Part shown: piece after piece, positions 17,888-27,227 of the stretch
How the letters are laid out: each line of letters opens with the position of its first letter
Position numbering within the stretch: the stretch's first letter is position 1
Sequence record: OP558005.1
DNA length: 64,000 bases
Direction: 5' to 3' (one strand)
Origin: Klebsiella phage vB_KpnM_VPA32
Made by a program: the position numbers and the translations under genes
Notes under the pieces: generated by a model
The model's input: the letters and a program-made list of their open reading frames with translations, nothing else
Told to the model about the DNA's origin: nothing
Database searches by the model: none

Positions 17888-18912
17888 ATTTTAGCATACC
17901 GAGTGAATCTCATCTTAGCCATTAAGCCTGATTCGATATTGTTGTTGATGTAATCCATGATTTGTTCGGGTGTAGCACCTTCTTTCATAATCATGTCGTT
18001 CACGTCTTTTGAGGACCAAGGTGACTTATCCCAAAAGACAACTCTTTCTCCGGCGTCAATAAGCTTCTTCATACGCTTGACTGTGTCCGGATGTCGTGGT
18101 TCATGGTCCATAATCCAAGCACGATTTCCTTCATAAGGAACCATGCTCAACTCAATAGACCCACCAGTTATTGCAATAGCATTGTCGATAAACAAACTAT
18201 CCAATGGTCCTTCCATAACAAACACGAGCTTATTAGGGTCTACTGTATCTTGACCATAAATTTTTGTAGCAAGCTCATGCGCTTTAATTGTCATGTATTT
18301 TTGGGGAGCGTCTTTTGAGAGGGCTCGCCCTTGGAAGGATTCAATTTTGCCTTTTTCATTAAAGATTGGAATAACCAAGCGCGGTTCATTTTTCTCATGC
18401 GAGTATGTACCTTCGTTTACTGAGTTAACGAGAGCCGGCCATTGAGTAGTAAACCACAGTCGGTTCCATTTATCTTTAGGAATTTTACGTCCAGCGACGT
18501 ATTTGCATATTGGATGAGCTGGTGAAAGCCTATCTAATCGCTCACAGTAATCGAGCTTTTGAATGAACTTCTTTTCAACAGGAGGAAGTTTAACTTCTTT
18601 TTTAGGAGCCGAGCGAGCTTGACCTTGTTCTTTACGAACTTCAAGAATGTATTCTCGATATAAGTCAGGTTCATTTTCTCGCAGATATTTAGCCAGTCCT
18701 AAGTGTGCATCACAGTTATAGCAATGGACTACGATTCCGCCAGTTGGTTGTTCATAAGCCCATCCACGAGCTTTGAATTGGTCTTTTTGTGAGTCACCAC
18801 AAATTGGACAACGGAAATTCAGTTTAAAACGATGACCGTTTGTTACTTGTTTGAATCTTGGAAGGTGTGAAAATGCGCGATACGCAAACTCGTTATCAAC
18901 CCATGAAGACAT
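17884..18912 (-). CDS. 61: DNA primase gp61
   Basis: 342 aa (same as T4 gp61); N-terminal zinc ribbon CPICGDS...HCYNC; TOPRIM-like acidic motifs. Confidence 0.88.
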   Translation of the reverse strand: MSSWVDNEFAYRAFSHLPRFKQVTNGHRFKLNFRCPICGDSQKDQFKARGWAYEQPTGGIVVHCYNCDAHLGLAKYLRENEPDLYREYILEVRKEQGQARSAPKKEVKLPPVEKKFIQKLDYCERLDRLSPAHPICKYVAGRKIPKDKWNRLWFTTQWPALVNSVNEGTYSHEKNEPRLVIPIFNEKGKIESFQGRALSKDAPQKYMTIKAHELATKIYGQDTVDPNKLVFVMEGPLDSLFIDNAIAITGGSIELSMVPYEGNRAWIMDHEPRHPDTVKRMKKLIDAGERVVFWDKSPWSSKDVNDMIMKEGATPEQIMDYINNNIESGLMAKMRFTRYAKI

Positions 18913-19550
18913 TAAATTTCTCCCTTGAATTTATCAATCATTCTTTGGTATCTCACGTCCGGAAAACCAGCTTTGACTGCAATTTTTCTGAATGATACAT
19001 ATCCAGGATAGTTTGAATTAATCCAGAGTTGTTTTATTTTATCATAGTCTTTCCAATGCGGACCACGCTTTAATTCAGACATCAATTTTGATACTTCAGG
19101 CCTCTTTTTGCCATACATCGAATTTCCTGACCCTTTTCTTTTATTTGACCACATTTGTTTAGTTTCTTTTGAATGCTTTTTACCAAACATTGGATTTCCT
19201 GAACCTGAATATGCTATAGATTGAGATTTAGCGTATTCGGTTCTAATCCACTCATACATTTTATTATTTCTTATTGTATGAGTTGCGTCAATAGTCATAT
19301 TTCTTACTGCTAAAGCTAAAGAATGATATGCTCTTTTATTATTTGAATTTTTGTGAATTTTTAAAAGTAATTGATGGGCTACGTAATGCTCAGCTGCTGT
19401 TAATAATACTTTATTAGAATCGTCATCACTTCCTCCAATACACGATGGAATTATGTGATGAGATTCAGTATAAAAATCGAGAGAAGATTTATCCAATCCT
19501 CTCAATTTACCCCTTTCCATTAGATTGGAATATATTAAAGAGTAATTCAA
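18912..19550 (-). CDS. free-standing HNH homing endonuclease (Mob-like) with NUMOD-type repeats
   Basis: HHIIPSCIGGSDDDSNKVLLTAAEHYVAH HNH core; repeated SGSGNPMFGKKHSKETK / SGNSMYGKKRPEVSK modules. Confidence 0.75.
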   Translation of the reverse strand: MNYSLIYSNLMERGKLRGLDKSSLDFYTESHHIIPSCIGGSDDDSNKVLLTAAEHYVAHQLLLKIHKNSNNKRAYHSLALAVRNMTIDATHTIRNNKMYEWIRTEYAKSQSIAYSGSGNPMFGKKHSKETKQMWSNKRKGSGNSMYGKKRPEVSKLMSELKRGPHWKDYDKIKQLWINSNYPGYVSFRKIAVKAGFPDVRYQRMIDKFKGEI

Positions 19551-19589
19551 TTTATTCTCCTCAGTGGCCTTATTTCTAAGGCCATTATA

Positions 19590-20054
19590 TCACAGTTTAT
19601 TGAGATTTACTTTGATGCGCTTACGTTTCTTTGGTAGGGTCTCAGGACCTTTATTGACTATTGCTCCGGTTGTGGTACCAGAGGCGATATTCTGGACACT
19701 TCCACCGGAATCTCCGGCTACCATGTCCTCGAACAAGGGAAGAGCCTCAAATATCTCTTTTTGTTCGGATTCAGTGATATTGTAACGTGAAGCTACTGCA
19801 GACCATGCACTCATCATGGATGCTACTCCATTGAGTCCTGGGACAGTTGTTAACATTCTTTTAATTGAACGCACAGATGCGTGGAAAGCAGTATAAGATG
19901 CTTTCTCTTCTGGAGTAGTAGGTCGCTTCAGAACCGTACCCTTTTCATCGATTATCTTGGCTTCATATGCTTTCCATTCAGTGAATGGTTTTTGCATTAG
20001 CCTGATAAACTTATACGCATAAACAGCGTCAATACCGCTTTTAATAGTTGACAT
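19590..20054 (-). CDS. hypothetical protein
   Basis: 154-aa ORF in the 41-61 insertion island. Confidence 0.45.
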   Translation of the reverse strand: MSTIKSGIDAVYAYKFIRLMQKPFTEWKAYEAKIIDEKGTVLKRPTTPEEKASYTAFHASVRSIKRMLTTVPGLNGVASMMSAWSAVASRYNITESEQKEIFEALPLFEDMVAGDSGGSVQNIASGTTTGAIVNKGPETLPKKRKRIKVNLNKL

Positions 20055-20069
20055 AGTCTCCTCTTCTAT

Positions 20070-20270
20070 TTATCGTTTAACACAAACGAATTTAGCAGAG
20101 GTTGAAAAATCACGAGCAGATGTGCGCCACTCTTCACCAGCTTGATTGCACAGTTCTTCGGCAGTTGGGCCAGTTTGTGTTGGCTTGAATTCAATTTGAT
20201 TCATAGCAACTCCGCCATGTTCACTAATAAGAGTCATGATTAAAATGAATGTGTGCATCGTTTCATCCAC
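20070..20270 (-). CDS. hypothetical protein
   Basis: 66-aa ORF. Confidence 0.35.
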   Translation of the reverse strand: MDETMHTFILIMTLISEHGGVAMNQIEFKPTQTGPTAEELCNQAGEEWRTSARDFSTSAKFVCVKR

Positions 20271-20590
20271 GCGTTAAAAATGTCATCATCACTACCGGTA
20301 TAATCCAATCGCTCTTCAAAGGATTCGCAATCAACACAGATTACTTCAATTCCTTCCCAGAGCAAATCATCGTCAATATCAGATTCCCAGGCAGAATCTT
20401 TAGCTAATTTTTCAATCAGCTGTTTTGTCAATTTTTGGCTTTGATGAACGAAGCTAGACTCAAATGACAAATCTACTTTAAGTACTCTTTTAAAGATATC
20501 ATAATGAACTGAACCGCATTCGCACCCACACTCATCGATGAAACGAATTAACCCTTGATGTTCATCGCAAACGGCTTTCATTTTGTACAT
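20240..20590 (-). CDS. hypothetical Cys-rich protein
   Basis: 116 aa; CDEH...CGCECG...CVDC putative metal-binding motifs. Confidence 0.45.
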   Translation of the reverse strand: MYKMKAVCDEHQGLIRFIDECGCECGSVHYDIFKRVLKVDLSFESSFVHQSQKLTKQLIEKLAKDSAWESDIDDDLLWEGIEVICVDCESFEERLDYTGSDDDIFNAWMKRCTHSF

Positions 20591-20781
20591 CGTCTTTCCT
20601 GCTCTATTTTAATTGCGACCAATACTAAGCCTTTACGATAAGATTCGCGAGGGTCTGCTGGAAATCCCCAACGAGTAAGGCCACTTTCAATTTCACGCTC
20701 AAAGCGTAGACGAAGCTGAGCTAGTTCAGCATCATGATAATCTACAAGGTCTCTGCCTTCAAAAATCATAAGCCAATCCAC
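20578..20781 (-). CDS. hypothetical protein
   Basis: 67-aa ORF. Confidence 0.35.
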   Translation of the reverse strand: MDWLMIFEGRDLVDYHDAELAQLRLRFEREIESGLTRWGFPADPRESYRKGLVLVAIKIEQERRCTK

Positions 20782-21047
20782 TCTAAGACTTCTGGAACAG
20801 AAGCATTTTCACAATACAGATTTGTGCCAGCTACTACCAGGTCACTTTCACCCAGGTCTTCAATAAGCATCTTCTGGTTCTTATCTGCGCCAGCTTCAAG
20901 GTCATGAATCAGCTTAGGCTTGACCTTGTCCCAGTCGCCTTCAACAAACTTGATGCATGGAATTGAAGTGTAATCTGCTTTAGCCATAGCTGGAACAGCA
21001 GAGCATGATGATACAGCAAAGATTAGTGCAAGTACAAGTTTTTTCAT
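20766..21047 (-). CDS. sp: spackle-like periplasmic superinfection-exclusion protein (lipoprotein-type signal)
   Basis: MKKLVLALIFAVSSCSAVPAMA resembles the T4 Sp signal region MKK..IFA.ASC.A.PAMA; about 93 aa like Sp. Confidence 0.6.
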   Translation of the reverse strand: MKKLVLALIFAVSSCSAVPAMAKADYTSIPCIKFVEGDWDKVKPKLIHDLEAGADKNQKMLIEDLGESDLVVAGTNLYCENASVPEVLEWIGL

Positions 21048-21079
21048 TTTATTTTCCTCAAATAGAGGGCCGCAAAGCC

Positions 21080-21355
21080 CTATGCACGTACAAAATTGCT
21101 AGCGCGAACTAGACGAAAATCACCTGCTGCATAGATGCCCATTGTTACATGGTCGCCAGTATCTAAGTAAGGAGGTACAATAACTTTGACCAATCCGCCG
21201 TTGTCGAGAATTTCACGAATTACACCATCGCAACGCAAATTTGCATCTTCAGCCTTGCGAACTATAGAACCAACTTTAAACGGTGTTGTCAAGATATTTG
21301 CTTTATGAGTGCGAGCGGTTTCATCTATAAGTTTTTCGATTGTCCAGATTGCCAT
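21080..21355 (-). CDS. hypothetical protein
   Basis: Start moved to MAIWT with GAGGAG Shine-Dalgarno; the ORF-track N-terminus overlaps an early promoter. Confidence 0.45.
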   Translation of the reverse strand: MAIWTIEKLIDETARTHKANILTTPFKVGSIVRKAEDANLRCDGVIREILDNGGLVKVIVPPYLDTGDHVTMGIYAAGDFRLVRASNFVRA

Positions 21356-21380
21356 GATGTTCTCCTCAGTTAATGTAAGT

Positions 21381-21410
21381 CTATAGTAACACACTTCCAT
21401 GTGCGTGTAA
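21381..21410 (-). promoter_or_regulatory. T4-type early promoter
   Basis: GTTTAC 21405-21410, 18 nt, TACTAT 21381-21386. Confidence 0.55.
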
Positions 21411-21414
21411 ACGG

Positions 21415-22857
21415 TTAGAACTTGAGGTCTTCCGCTAGAGCATCAAGTTTAGCTCTTGCACTCGCATCCTGTTCAATACGAGACATTCTATTACCTTCCG
21501 CTATTCGTTGCTGAGCGCCGGAAGCTTCGTTTACTGTGTTTGGTTGTTCCATTCCATCTTGAGCAATTTCAACCCAACGTTGATTTCCTTTGCTTACACC
21601 GATTAAGAACTTATTGTACTTATTCTTATCACCGTAACGAGATTTAATCTGTTTAATGAGCTGTTGACCTTGTTGAGCGAGTTCTTCTGTTTCAATTACC
21701 GCTAACATAAAGTCTGCTGTTGCTGGTAGACCTGCGGATTCTGCAACATCACCCATAGAAATATCAGAAGCATCCCAACCTGAACGAGTTGTCTGAGCTG
21801 CTGTCCACAGAACAGTTTCAGATTCAACAGCCAGTGCACGAAGTTCTTCTGCAATAGCTTTAACTAATGTGTAGCTGTTTTCGGTGTAAACCTTAATACG
21901 GCAAGAAGCACAGATACCCAGATAGTCAATAATGATGACATCAGGAACGAAGTTCTTCTTAAGTTTAAGTTCATTCAGTAACGCACGGAACGTATTTGCA
22001 TGAGCTCCACCGGTTGGATATTGCTTGATAATCAGACGACCAAGAGTATTCTTTGAGCGCCATTTTTCCATCTTGCCTTTGTATTCAGCATATGAAACGT
22101 GACCGTCATCAATATCGTCAAGTGATACATCAAGTAAGTTAGCATCGATACGTTTTGCACAAACTTCTTCTGCCATTTCCATGGAGATGTACAGAACGTT
22201 CTTACCCATCTGAAGATAGTCAGCAGCAAGAGAACACAGACCTAATGACTTACCGACGTTTACACCTGCGAGTAATACGTTCAGAGTACCAGTCTCTGCA
22301 CCGCCCTTTGTGATTCGGTTCAGAATATTGAGTTTAAATGCAACCTTACGAGCTTTATTTTGATAAGCTAACCAACGAGCTTCATGGTCTTCCATCCAAT
22401 CGTGACCAATGTAACTATCAAATGAAATTGACAGAGCAGCTCGCATGATGTCCGGAATTGCACCTACATCAGGAAGTTTTTTGTTTCGTTTTTCTGGTGG
22501 AAGTTGGGCGTTAGTCTGAATTTCAATAATCTTTGATGTTGCATTGTACATCGCAGATTCTTGAACAAAACGTTCAGTTTCAGCTACGAGCCAGTTTAAA
22601 TCTTCTGGAGTATCTTGAAGCTTATTAATTAACTCACTTGCGCCCTGTACTTCAGTTTCAACTAATTGACTATTATCCAAAGCCACTGCTAATGCAGTTT
22701 TGCTTGGAACAGCTTGATATTTCAATACGTGCTGATGAATCAGTTTGAAAACATTTTTGGCTGGGCCATGTTCAAAATACTCATCTCCCATATAAGGCCA
22801 AACCTTCGAGAAGAAGGCTTGGTTATACAGCAAATGAGATAAGATTGTTTCTACCAC
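21415..22857 (-). CDS. 41: replicative DNA helicase gp41 (DnaB-like)
   Basis: 480 aa; GVNVGKS Walker A, DYLQMG...IIIDYL RecA-fold motifs. Confidence 0.9.
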   Translation of the reverse strand: MVETILSHLLYNQAFFSKVWPYMGDEYFEHGPAKNVFKLIHQHVLKYQAVPSKTALAVALDNSQLVETEVQGASELINKLQDTPEDLNWLVAETERFVQESAMYNATSKIIEIQTNAQLPPEKRNKKLPDVGAIPDIMRAALSISFDSYIGHDWMEDHEARWLAYQNKARKVAFKLNILNRITKGGAETGTLNVLLAGVNVGKSLGLCSLAADYLQMGKNVLYISMEMAEEVCAKRIDANLLDVSLDDIDDGHVSYAEYKGKMEKWRSKNTLGRLIIKQYPTGGAHANTFRALLNELKLKKNFVPDVIIIDYLGICASCRIKVYTENSYTLVKAIAEELRALAVESETVLWTAAQTTRSGWDASDISMGDVAESAGLPATADFMLAVIETEELAQQGQQLIKQIKSRYGDKNKYNKFLIGVSKGNQRWVEIAQDGMEQPNTVNEASGAQQRIAEGNRMSRIEQDASARAKLDALAEDLKF

Positions 22858-22867
22858 GGGAACCTCA

Positions 22868-23236
22868 TTAAAATAGTTTGAAACGTTTTTTCTTTCTCAT
22901 AATCTCGGCATGAGCCTGTTGAATTTGTATTTTAATACATTTTTCAACATGTGGTGCAAGGTCGGCTTTTCGTGATTCGTCCAACGTAGAGAACTCTAGT
23001 GACACCTGGCCGCATTCATCCAAGTGTAATGAGGTAACATATACGATATGTTCTTCGCCGTCCTCTAGTGTTATCAGGATTTCCTGGACTACATTCTCCA
23101 TAGCCTTTTGGATTATCTCAAGACTCTTTTTGAACATCCGTTCAGTTCTTTCAAATTCCCCCTCCGAAGAGGGGGTTTCATCTTGAACTTCAACATCAGT
23201 CAAATCGAGGTCTAAATCCTCGAAATCATTTTTCAT
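22868..23236 (-). CDS. gene 40-position protein (acidic, 122 aa)
   Basis: Sits between uvsX and 41 as T4 gene 40; sequence not confirmed. Confidence 0.4.
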   Translation of the reverse strand: MKNDFEDLDLDLTDVEVQDETPSSEGEFERTERMFKKSLEIIQKAMENVVQEILITLEDGEEHIVYVTSLHLDECGQVSLEFSTLDESRKADLAPHVEKCIKIQIQQAHAEIMRKKKRFKLF

Positions 23237-24426
23237 TACAGACCTTCTGTTGGACCACCCATAGGTTCGTCGTCATAGTTGTCAAGTTCGTCTTCGATTG
23301 AAGCTGGAGTTGCTCTTACTTCGCCTTCCGGAGCGTGGAACACTTCGGTCTTCGAATTAATCAGAGCATCAACTTCTTCATCTACTGTTGCGTTGGTTTC
23401 AATAGCACCCAACTGATAGCGGTTCTTAATAGCATCACGGAACGGTTGATGTTTAAACAGAGGACCCCAGAAAGCAGTAGTGGCCGTGTCTTTAGCTCGC
23501 CATGATTTCTCTTCACGAACCATTTCACCAGTGTCTATGTCCAGATATTCTCGGGCATACCAACCATTTTTCGGTTTAACTACAAACCCAAGTTCCAGCG
23601 CCATATCCAACAGACCAGAGTAAGGGTCAATACCACCATCGAATTTAACATCGATGAAGAACTTACTCTTCTCTTTAACAGTACGAGATTTCTCAGCGTT
23701 CAGAACAAACTGATAACCTTGAAGTTCTGTACCATCTTTAATTTGACGTTTACCGATGATGAACACAGTATCTGCTGAGTACATTGGACCAGTACCACCA
23801 GTCATCACAGTCTTACTGAACATCTCAATTGTTTCGATTGTATGGTTAACCGCAACGCATGGAATATTCTTAATAGAGAAGTAAGGTGTAACAATACGGA
23901 ACAGAGACTTCAGTGATTTCGCACGAGTCATATCCGCAACTGATTTTTCGTTCAGAGCATCTTCTGTTTCTTTCTTAGAAGCCAGGTTACCGATGGAGTC
24001 GATGAATACGATAACTTTCTCACCGCGTTCAATTTCTTCCAGCTGGTTGACCATGTCAATTTTAAGCTGTTCAACAGATTGTACCGGAGTGTGTACTACA
24101 CGGTCAGGGTCAACACCCATTGCACGAAGATATGCTGGAGTGATACCGAATTCTGAGTCGTAGAACAGACAGATGGCATCCGGATATTTTGTCATATAAG
24201 CGGAAACCATAGTCAGACTCATATTTGACTTGAAGTGCTTTGACGGACCTGCAAAGATTGTTAAACCTGATTGCATGCCACCATCTAATGCACCTGAAAT
24301 CGCGATATTGAGCATCGGAATCTTAGTACGAACTACATCTTTTTCATTGAAGAATTTGGACTTATCCAGAGATGCAGTCATTTTAGAAGTGGATGCTTTA
24401 ATCAGACGAGATTTTAAATCAGACAT
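23236..24426 (-). CDS. uvsX: UvsX recombinase (RecA-like)
   Basis: 396 aa; GPSKHFKS Walker A-like; colinear with T4 UvsX (391 aa). Confidence 0.9.
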   Translation of the reverse strand: MSDLKSRLIKASTSKMTASLDKSKFFNEKDVVRTKIPMLNIAISGALDGGMQSGLTIFAGPSKHFKSNMSLTMVSAYMTKYPDAICLFYDSEFGITPAYLRAMGVDPDRVVHTPVQSVEQLKIDMVNQLEEIERGEKVIVFIDSIGNLASKKETEDALNEKSVADMTRAKSLKSLFRIVTPYFSIKNIPCVAVNHTIETIEMFSKTVMTGGTGPMYSADTVFIIGKRQIKDGTELQGYQFVLNAEKSRTVKEKSKFFIDVKFDGGIDPYSGLLDMALELGFVVKPKNGWYAREYLDIDTGEMVREEKSWRAKDTATTAFWGPLFKHQPFRDAIKNRYQLGAIETNATVDEEVDALINSKTEVFHAPEGEVRATPASIEDELDNYDDEPMGGPTEGL

Positions 24427-24481
24427 TAATTATTTTCCATAAGTCTCCATAATATTTTTCTCACAGGTTTAAGATAGAGTA

Positions 24482-24505
24482 ATTATATCAACTACGGTTT
24501 AAAGC
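24482..24505 (-). promoter_or_regulatory. MotA-type middle promoter upstream of uvsX
   Basis: Minus-strand GCTTTA (MotA-box-like) then 12 nt then TATAAT. Confidence 0.45.
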
Positions 24506-24561
24506 GGATTGCAATGTGGTGAATCATTTTGACAAGGTGTGTAACAACAAGCATTACAATG

Positions 24562-24582
24562 ACCACCGACAAAGTCGGTGGT
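24562..24582 (-). other. stable RNA hairpin between beta-gt and uvsX (no U-tract)
   Basis: ACCACCGAC-UUUG-GUCGGUGGU, 9-bp stem. Confidence 0.4.
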
Positions 24583-24589
24583 GTATTCT

Positions 24590-25666
24590 TTAGATTTCAA
24601 TTGCTTTTTTGAATTCAGCTTGCCAAATTGGTTTTTCATCAAGATATTTTTGAAGAATTTTGTGCTGATATTCAAGAGTTTCAATTCTGAAGTCCTCATC
24701 GCTTTTGATTTTATTAATTTTATCAACAAGCTCTTGACGATTGCTCACATAGAAGAACTCATTGCCTTCCATGATATTCATATCAGGGTCAAATGTGCTA
24801 TCGAAGAATGCTACTGCAGTAGATGCCAGAGCTTCCCATACACGTGGAGTGATTTGGTTATTATCGTAAGTCTTATCACCGAGCACGATAGTAGCATACG
24901 CGGTTGAGTTACGCTGAACCATTTCACGAGAATCTACCTTGCCAGGAAATACTGGTGGAGTAGTCCAAGGGAATTCTGGGTTCTTGAATTGGTCTGCCTT
25001 AACTGAACCGAAGAACTCAACGTCCAGTCCAGTGTCAAACAGATATTCAACCATCTTTTGTTCGCGATTACCAGAACGGAAAGTTCCACCATAAATCAGG
25101 TCGCGCATTTTGATGCCATCAGCAGCAATCTTGAAGACGCTGTGATACATCTTATGACGGTCCAGTGCAAAATGAACAAATTCCATTCGGTCCTTAGAGA
25201 CACCAACTAAACGGTCAGAGTGAATTCGTTTAGCTTGTTCCAGGTCACGGCCTTGAGAAATTACACGAATTGGAGAGCGAACAATGAACTGCTCTTCAGT
25301 GTATTTGCTGGACCATTTTTTCTTCGACATTCGACGCCATGCTTGTTCCCACGGAAGACGAATATCAGTGAACAGATAATAAATCTTTGACTTATATTTG
25401 TTCAAGAACATATAAGCCGCTTTATTCATCTTGTTCTCTTCACCGCCATAGAAGTTCAGAGAAGCATTCACTACCAGAACTCGGTCATATACATTCGGGT
25501 CTGGGACATCATCAAATGCGATGCCATATTGAGTATTTTTCATTGAAATGAGGTCAACATCAAGCCCCATATCTTTTAAGCATTCGGACAGATAAATTGT
25601 CTCAGAAGCAGGGGTTGTTTTAAACCCCTGGATGTTGTTACCTAAGTTCAGGATAGCAATTTTCAT
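24590..25666 (-). CDS. bgt: DNA beta-glucosyltransferase
   Basis: 358 aa; MKIAILNLGNN, KYKSKIYYLFTDIRLP, IKSPIRVISQG, VEFFG, FKNP.YPWT match T4 beta-gt. Confidence 0.9.
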   Translation of the reverse strand: MKIAILNLGNNIQGFKTTPASETIYLSECLKDMGLDVDLISMKNTQYGIAFDDVPDPNVYDRVLVVNASLNFYGGEENKMNKAAYMFLNKYKSKIYYLFTDIRLPWEQAWRRMSKKKWSSKYTEEQFIVRSPIRVISQGRDLEQAKRIHSDRLVGVSKDRMEFVHFALDRHKMYHSVFKIAADGIKMRDLIYGGTFRSGNREQKMVEYLFDTGLDVEFFGSVKADQFKNPEFPWTTPPVFPGKVDSREMVQRNSTAYATIVLGDKTYDNNQITPRVWEALASTAVAFFDSTFDPDMNIMEGNEFFYVSNRQELVDKINKIKSDEDFRIETLEYQHKILQKYLDEKPIWQAEFKKAIEI

Positions 25667-26499
25667 AAAGTAGGCTCAATCTCACTGAATTTTTTGAAAG
25701 CATCTGACTTTTGTTTCTTGGCTACGCACATACGAAGTACTTTCAGAGGCTCGTCAGTGCCAAACATAGTTTTGGTTGGGTCACCTTCTGATTTCCAACG
25801 AGCTTGAGTTGGGAAGTCAGCATGAATTTTTTCTAATGCGCGATTTTGTTTAGCCGCATTACGCATAGATGATACGCCGCCAGGAGCTTGTCCTTTGCCA
25901 GATTTGACGAGATATTTGAAAATCGCCAGATGAGGATAACCCATATTAATGAGTTTAAGGAATGCGTATGTATCTTCGGACAGGTCTACTATACCATATC
26001 CAATGTCATCGGCAGAAAGTTTGCTTAAATCGTAAAAAGTGTTAGTGAATCCATAAGAGTTCTCACGGAAATGACCCCACTTAGAATCAATCTTGAAAAT
26101 AGGCAAACGAGCATGGCCGTGATAGAATCCACAGTCCATAGCTGCTTCAACATACTGAGTGAGTTTATTGAATTCGTCCCATGTCATTCCAACATCGTGA
26201 AGAATACGGCGGTCGTCTTTAGCACGAATTTCAGTAGTATGAATTGTAGTGTCATCGTCCAGCATCCAGATTCGTTGACCTTGATACATTTCAGTAATAA
26301 GACGACGTGTACCAGCAATACCATTTACATCATCTGGAATAGGAATAATTTGTGCTTTATCACCATAGTAGGCGATATAATCATCTTTCTGAGACTCACG
26401 AACTACTAAATGAGGTACATAACCAGTAGGGAACATATCAAGGGCAGTAACTGCCCCGACACGATTGTAACTCGGAATTACAAATTGAATCATTTCCAT
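25663..26499 (-). CDS. GT-A/GT2-like glycosyltransferase (putative second DNA sugar transferase)
   Basis: 278 aa; N-terminal FVIPSYNR (GT2-type first strand) and IWMLDDDT DxD motif; inserted between 42 and beta-gt. Confidence 0.65.
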   Translation of the reverse strand: MEMIQFVIPSYNRVGAVTALDMFPTGYVPHLVVRESQKDDYIAYYGDKAQIIPIPDDVNGIAGTRRLITEMYQGQRIWMLDDDTTIHTTEIRAKDDRRILHDVGMTWDEFNKLTQYVEAAMDCGFYHGHARLPIFKIDSKWGHFRENSYGFTNTFYDLSKLSADDIGYGIVDLSEDTYAFLKLINMGYPHLAIFKYLVKSGKGQAPGGVSSMRNAAKQNRALEKIHADFPTQARWKSEGDPTKTMFGTDEPLKVLRMCVAKKQKSDAFKKFSEIEPTL

Positions 26500-27227
26500 T
26501 TGCCTTTGTAGTCAGATTTCTTAACATCAATCCGGCCGGTTTGACGATAATGGTCAACCAGATAGAAATGACGCTCATACACGTGCAGAGACCCAGCGTT
26601 CCAAATAATGTCGCCTGGAACATATTTTTCACCAGAACCTGCATTAACTGTTTCTACTAATGATTCTAACACATATTTCTGCCAAGCATAATCATTGCGG
26701 AAACCAAATACAACATCATTGCTTCGCATATTAACGACAGCGTTTACACGACCATCACGAATAAGATATTGAACTGTGTTAGTGCACATGAAATCACTCA
26801 TACCATCACGTTCAAAATCAATTTGCATACTTGGACGAGTGTAAATCATAATTGCACGACGAGAATCTGGTTTTTCAATCAGCTCAGTTGCGCAGAATGA
26901 GAATTGATTGTAGTTTTCAGCAGACCAGATTGCCCAGCCATAGTTTGAGTTAATTTCACCCTTTGAAGATGAAACTTGTTCCCAAATTGCTGGAGTACCA
27001 CCTGGAATATCTTTTACGAACAGAGACTTGGATTTGTACCACGCAAGTTCACGTTCAACATATTCTTGGTTAACTGTTCCGAAAATTGAATCTTCGGTTA
27101 CTACAAAAGATGGACCAATTAACTCAATGGTCTTTGCGCCAGTTTTGTCAATTACAAACATCTCGTTGAACAGAGCATGGCACAGTTCATCACGAATATC
27201 TTCGTTAGTCAGTGGAGTTACAATCAT
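26490..27227 (-). CDS. 42: dCMP hydroxymethylase gp42
   Basis: NSNYGWAIWS, MCTNTVQYLIRD, NMRSNDVVFGFRNDYAWQKYVL match T4 gp42; start moved to MIVTP. Confidence 0.9.
   Translation of the reverse strand: MIVTPLTNEDIRDELCHALFNEMFVIDKTGAKTIELIGPSFVVTEDSIFGTVNQEYVERELAWYKSKSLFVKDIPGGTPAIWEQVSSSKGEINSNYGWAIWSAENYNQFSFCATELIEKPDSRRAIMIYTRPSMQIDFERDGMSDFMCTNTVQYLIRDGRVNAVVNMRSNDVVFGFRNDYAWQKYVLESLVETVNAGSGEKYVPGDIIWNAGSLHVYERHFYLVDHYRQTGRIDVKKSDYKGKWK

Noticed and set aside
24499-24729. 76-aa ORF overlapping the beta-gt stop region
   Set aside because: Low-complexity K-rich translation spanning the uvsX promoter and hairpin region; the intergenic regulatory interpretation is preferred.
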